A DNA stretch of 64,000 nt from Octopus sinensis (taxonomy: Eukaryota), in the NCBI RefSeq assembly GCF_006345805.1, contig NC_043000.1, positions 110,236,001-110,300,000 of the forward strand, in the 5' to 3' direction. Made by a program: the position numbers and the translations under genes. A model generated the notes under the pieces. It was not told where the DNA came from, made no database searches, and was given only the letters and a program-made list of their open reading frames with translations. Below are positions 59,735-64,000 of the stretch, one piece after another (positions within the stretch are counted from its first letter, which is position 1; the number at the start of each line of letters is the position of its first letter).

Positions 59735-60850
59735 CCTGGCATCAAACAGACATGATGGGGTCGATAAGTAAGCAACTTAGCTTTTCATTATCTATAATTG
59801 TTATGTCCGATTTATTATTTTCTAATTTCTTGTCCATTTGAATAGGAAAGTCCCACAAAATCTTACATTTCTCCGACTCCAGTACCCTTTCGATTCGATG
59901 ATTGTACCATGTGATTCCAGCTTCAAATCTCAGTTTCTGGCACAGTTTCCAGTGTAAAATTTTTACAATCTGGTCCTGCCTCCATTTCTTATATTCTTCC
60001 TGTACCAACTTGGGGCATTCTGTCACAAAGTGTGCCACTGTCTCGTTCCAAGTTCCACAGGCTCTATATTTTTCTGGGACATTCTCTCCATATATATTTT
60101 TTCTCAAGTTTGTTTTTATCGCTTGATCTTGGGCTGCCACAATTAAGCTCCCTGTTTCTTTTTTTAAACCAAGCCCAGGATTTTGTCCCACATACGTCTT
60201 CAGAGGCTCTCCAAAATTGGCCATGCACAGGTTTCTCTTTGATCTGTCTGATATGCTCTTTTTGTATTTCATTCTTGTCCTTTTTCTCCTATTACGCGCT
60301 TCATCACCAGTTCTTTATTAACTGTCTTTAGTAGTTTTTCTCTGCTGCTCTGTAAATGTTCTACTAGACTTTCTCTTTCCATTTGTACACATTCTTCTAC
60401 TGCTATTAAGCCCCTTCCACCCTGGACTCTCCCCAAGTACAGCTGGTTGATATCAACTTTTGGATGGTGGGTTCCATACATCGTCAACAACTTCCTAGTT
60501 TTTCTGTCAAGTTTCTCTATTTCGTTCCTGGTCCATATCTCATTAACTCCATATCTGATTAAGGGTACTACTCTTTAATTTATTGTTTCAGTAAGATTTT
60601 TGGAATTTAGCTTTGACTGCAATACTTTTCTCACTCTCCTTGTGTACTCTCTACTGGTAATTGGTTTCATTTCTTCATTTATAATCTCCTCTGCTTCCAC
60701 TCTTCTCAAGTACTTGTACTACTGTCCTTTCTCAACCGCTCTCATTGTTTGCATTTCAATTTCCTGACTTTTTTCCCGTCTTCCTCGTTTCATTTTCAAT
60801 ATAGCGCACTTGTCTATTCCAAATTCCATAACTACGTCATTTGAGAAAAT
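59735..60850 (-). mobile_element. R4/Dong-like non-LTR relic (RT C-terminus, CCHC, RLE)
   Basis: ORFs 60269 and 59742: GGRGLIAVEEC, AAQDQAI, CGT..ET..H..ECP, ILWDFPIQMD...SDITII. Confidence 0.85.
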
Positions 60851-60892
60851 GTGGATACTACGCACAACAACAATAATAATAATAATAATAAT

Positions 60893-61255
60893 AATGGATC
60901 ATAGATATAGCATGCCCAGCTGACAACAATGTATGCGATAAGGAAGAAAGAAAAGTCGAGAGATATGACAGGTTAGCTTGGGAAGTTAAGCAGTTGTGGT
61001 CGATGAAAAAGTAGCAATAATTGTCGGAGCCCTGGGAACAGTGAGCCAAAATATCGAGAAGCACGTGGAACAAATAGGGGCTGCTATAAGGGTGGCGCAC
61101 TTACAGAAAACAGCACTGCTTGGAACCGCTGGAATACTCCGGAAGGTGCTCGAAAAATAAGAGGTGTTACCGTAGTTCACTGGTAGTGAACAGCTGACAC
61201 CGTAGCACATCTTCAGCGTTAGAAGCTGTGCAAAGGCAATAATAATAATAATAAT
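60893..61255 (+). mobile_element. R4/Dong-like 3' fragment embedded in (TAA)n
   Basis: Encodes IIVGALGTV...LQKTALLGTAGILRKVL*; (AAT)n on both sides. Confidence 0.8.
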
Positions 61256-61802
61256 ATTATTATTGTGTCTTTCTTCTTTCAGTTTTGTTCCCATTTCTTG
61301 TTGAGTGTCTTCCCAACACCTAGGGCAAAAAACTCTCTGTATTCATTGGCAGGCCATTAAAATAAACACATCAGATTGTTCGTTTACAAAGTTACGTGAT
61401 AGAAAAAAAAAAGAAAAAAGACAAAGAAAGAGAAAAAATGAAAGAAAAAGAGAAGAAAAACAAAAACAAAAATATTACGATGCCGATGTTCTTCTCAATA
61501 CATGTGACATATCTTTTGCACCTTGTTTTTGCATTTCATTATTATTGTTGTTGTTATTATTATTAAGACGGCGAGCTGGCAGAACTGTTAGCGCGCCGGA
61601 CGAAGTGCTTAGCGGTATTTCGCCCGTCGCTACGTTCTGAGTTCAAATTACGCCGAGGTCAACTTTACCTTTCATCCTTTCGGGGTCGATAAATTAAGTA
61701 CCAGTTACGCACTGGAGTCGATATAATCGACTTAATCCGTTTGTCTGTCCTTGTTTGTCCTCTTTGTGTTTATCCCCTTGTGGGCAGTAAAGAAATAGGT
61801 AT

Positions 61803-62080
61803 TGTAGTGTGTGCGCGATACGAATATAAAGGCACCTACCTTCTCTTCCTCGTGATGGAGACCCTTCGGTGGTAACGGATCCTTCGTCACAGCCCCGACC
61901 CGAACACCAAGATAGCAGCCGCTGCACCCAACCTTTAGCGACGTATTCCCACGTCCTCACGCCTCGACAACCCATGTTGGAAAGGCCGAATTCACCGCTG
62001 CCCGCGCAGACCTGACGGCTGCCCCTTTCGGTTGCCCCTAGCTTCCGGTCAACGCACCCAGCTGCTGACGTCATCCCACA
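61803..62080. mobile_element. Solo LTR (278 bp) inserted at the junction of a family-B SINE dimer (61567-62240)
   Basis: TGT...ACA termini; 5-bp TSD GGTAT at 61798-61802 and 62081-62085; GC-rich; CRE TGACGTCA at 62066-62073. Confidence 0.75.
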
Positions 62081-62255
62081 GGTATTTCACCCGTCGCTAT
62101 ACGTTCTGGGTTCAAATTCCGCCGAGGTTAACTTTGCCTTTCATACTTTCGGGGTCGATAAATTAAGTTCCAGTTGCGTATTGAGATCGATCAAATCGAC
62201 TGCCCCCTCCCCGTCCCCAAGAATTTCAAGCCTTGTGCCCATAGTAGAAAGGATA

Positions 62256-62264
<9 letters not shown>

Positions 62265-62303
<39 letters not shown>

Positions 62304-62490
62304 TAGTTTTATTTTTATAACGTGCTTTCACTTCACTACCGAGCACAACTCTTTGTGCCTTGGGTATGTGCTGTGGTTTGCGGTGATGCTCTTATGGTTA
62401 CTGTATTGAAAATGTTCTGCGTAGGATGTGTGCAGTGGTCAATAGTGCAATTTTTCTGTATGTTATATATATTTGTAATTCCTGTGGTTT
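62265..62490 (-). mobile_element. R4/Dong-like 3' fragment, same family as 49955-50335, with (TAA)n tail
   Basis: 3' UTR ...GTAGTGAAGTGAAAGC...AAAATAAAACTACTGAA(TAA)n shared with the 50-kb copy. Confidence 0.8.
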
Positions 62491-62747
62491 TTGTTATATA
62501 TTTTTTATTATTATTAAGGAGAAAAAAGGGACTCTCTACCCCCCCTTTGTAGGGTTTTTTCCACCAGGAACCTTTCGAAACGTCTCCCCCTTTTGGGAGT
62601 TTTTCATTGTTTTATAATTGTTGTTATAAAGTTTTTACTCGATGTTTTTCAAAAACGGACAAAACCCTTTGTAACCTTTCGTCCTGTCTTGTCCCTTCAT
62701 GTTTCAAATCATGCGTGTCAGCCCTTATGGCCAATAAAAAAGAATTA

Positions 62748-62779
<32 letters not shown>

Positions 62780-63319
62780 CATCATCATCACTATCAAAAA
62801 GGCTAAAACTGAACGTGATGATGGTAGAAACTAGCGCGGTAAATTGAAATGAAATATTTGGGGCTTTACTTACTTTTTCGAGCAGGACACGTCGTTCCGT
62901 CTCTCAACCAGCACAGAATGGCATTTCTAGCGACAAACTCTTCAATTTATATTCCCACTTCAATGTTGTTGCCTTTGCTGCAACTATTGTTGTGGATGGT
63001 GTCGCTGGTGGTACTGTTACTGCTACTTATCTTGTTGTTGTTATCGTTGTTGCTGACGGTGGTGGTGGTGTCGTTTTTGTTCTCCGTGAAGTCAATGTTT
63101 GCGACGTTCCTTCTCGTTAATTTCCGAAAATGACTAATTAATTCTTTGTCTCGTATAACCATATAAGTTATATAGTTTTTTTTTGTTACACTTTTACCCC
63201 CCTCCAAACAGTGGAACAATTAAAAGGGAAAAAGAAAAACTGGAAAAAAATCTATTTAGTGACACAAAAAAACCCCCCAGTCGTCACAGTTATAATCTAT
63301 TCGTCGCAAAAACCAACGC

Positions 63320-63625
63320 AAACATACACACATACACACGTACAAACACACACACACACACACGGAGACACATACAAACATATATATACGGACACACGTA
63401 CACACACACACACACCCGGACATACGCACACACACGGACATACGCACACGCACACACACGTACACGGACACACACACACACACATACAAACATATGCACA
63501 CGAACACACGCACACACGTACACACGTACACTCGGACATACACACACACACACGGACACAGGCACATGCACCCCCCCCGACACACGCACATGCACTCACA
63601 CACACATTCGCACACACACGGACAC
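63320..63625. repeat. Degenerate (CA)n-rich tract
   Basis: Read directly from the sequence; overlapping ORFs are HT/CV low-complexity. Confidence 0.9.
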
Positions 63626-64000
63626 ACCCGCACGTATGGCAACTGAAGCGGTCAAAAATTCTGGCAACAAGTTTTTACGTAATAAAAGGCAAAACAAACA
63701 CGAGACCGTCGCCCCAAAATGGCCATTCCTTCACATGATGTTTTTTTCCATCTGGTTCCATACTTACTCAAGCTTCCTCCCCCCCTCTACTTGTTATCTG
63801 TTTACAAATGCCTGGACGTGCGTACGTGCGAGTTTATATCTACATAGCTTTCATTTTTGACTTGCTGCAGCCATTAGACTGCGGCCATGCTGGGGCACCA
63901 CCTTGGAGGTATGTTTTTAGTCGAACAAATCGATCTCGGTTTTTATTTTGGTGCTTATTCTATCGGGGTTCTTGTGCCGAACCGCTAAGCTACGGGGACG

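Noticed and set aside
61694-62074. 126-aa GC-rich - strand ORF
   Set aside because: Spans the solo LTR and a SINE tail; no protein motif.
63183-63860. 225-aa and overlapping long ORFs; also those at 12310-12829, 29044-29354, 38198-38506, 41132-41512, 56286-56833
   Set aside because: Produced by microsatellite or low-complexity tracts.

Overview
AT-rich, repeat-dense eukaryotic DNA. The repeat families and gene structure point to a coleoid cephalopod, probably Octopus (inference). Two spliced protein-coding genes can be rebuilt by hand; they lie tail-to-tail with stops 2.7 kb apart. (1) A complete cathepsin B on the + strand: 8 coding exons, 23130-41003, 343 aa, catalytic residues and occluding-loop His-His intact. 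(2) A divergent 144-aa calmodulin-like EF-hand gene on the - strand: 3 exons, 51035-43694, only the first EF loop canonical. The rest is mostly mobile DNA: RTE and R4/Dong-like LINE relics, about 20 RTE 3' tails, three tRNA-derived SINE families, mariner, pogo, hAT, piggyBac-like and Merlin-like DNA elements, Helitrons, a solo LTR and microsatellites. The most notable non-genic signals are three Penelope-type minimal hammerhead-ribozyme motifs (best at 14735-14782, - strand), a triple-nested transposon containing a ~780-bp palindrome in cathepsin B intron 1, a 47-bp intronic hairpin, inverted repeats bracketing cathepsin B exons 2-3, SINE concatemers with a recurrent exact junction, and several unusual local duplications. 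Repeat coordinates are approximate unless a TSD or TIR is quoted. Family names come from motif recognition, not database searches.
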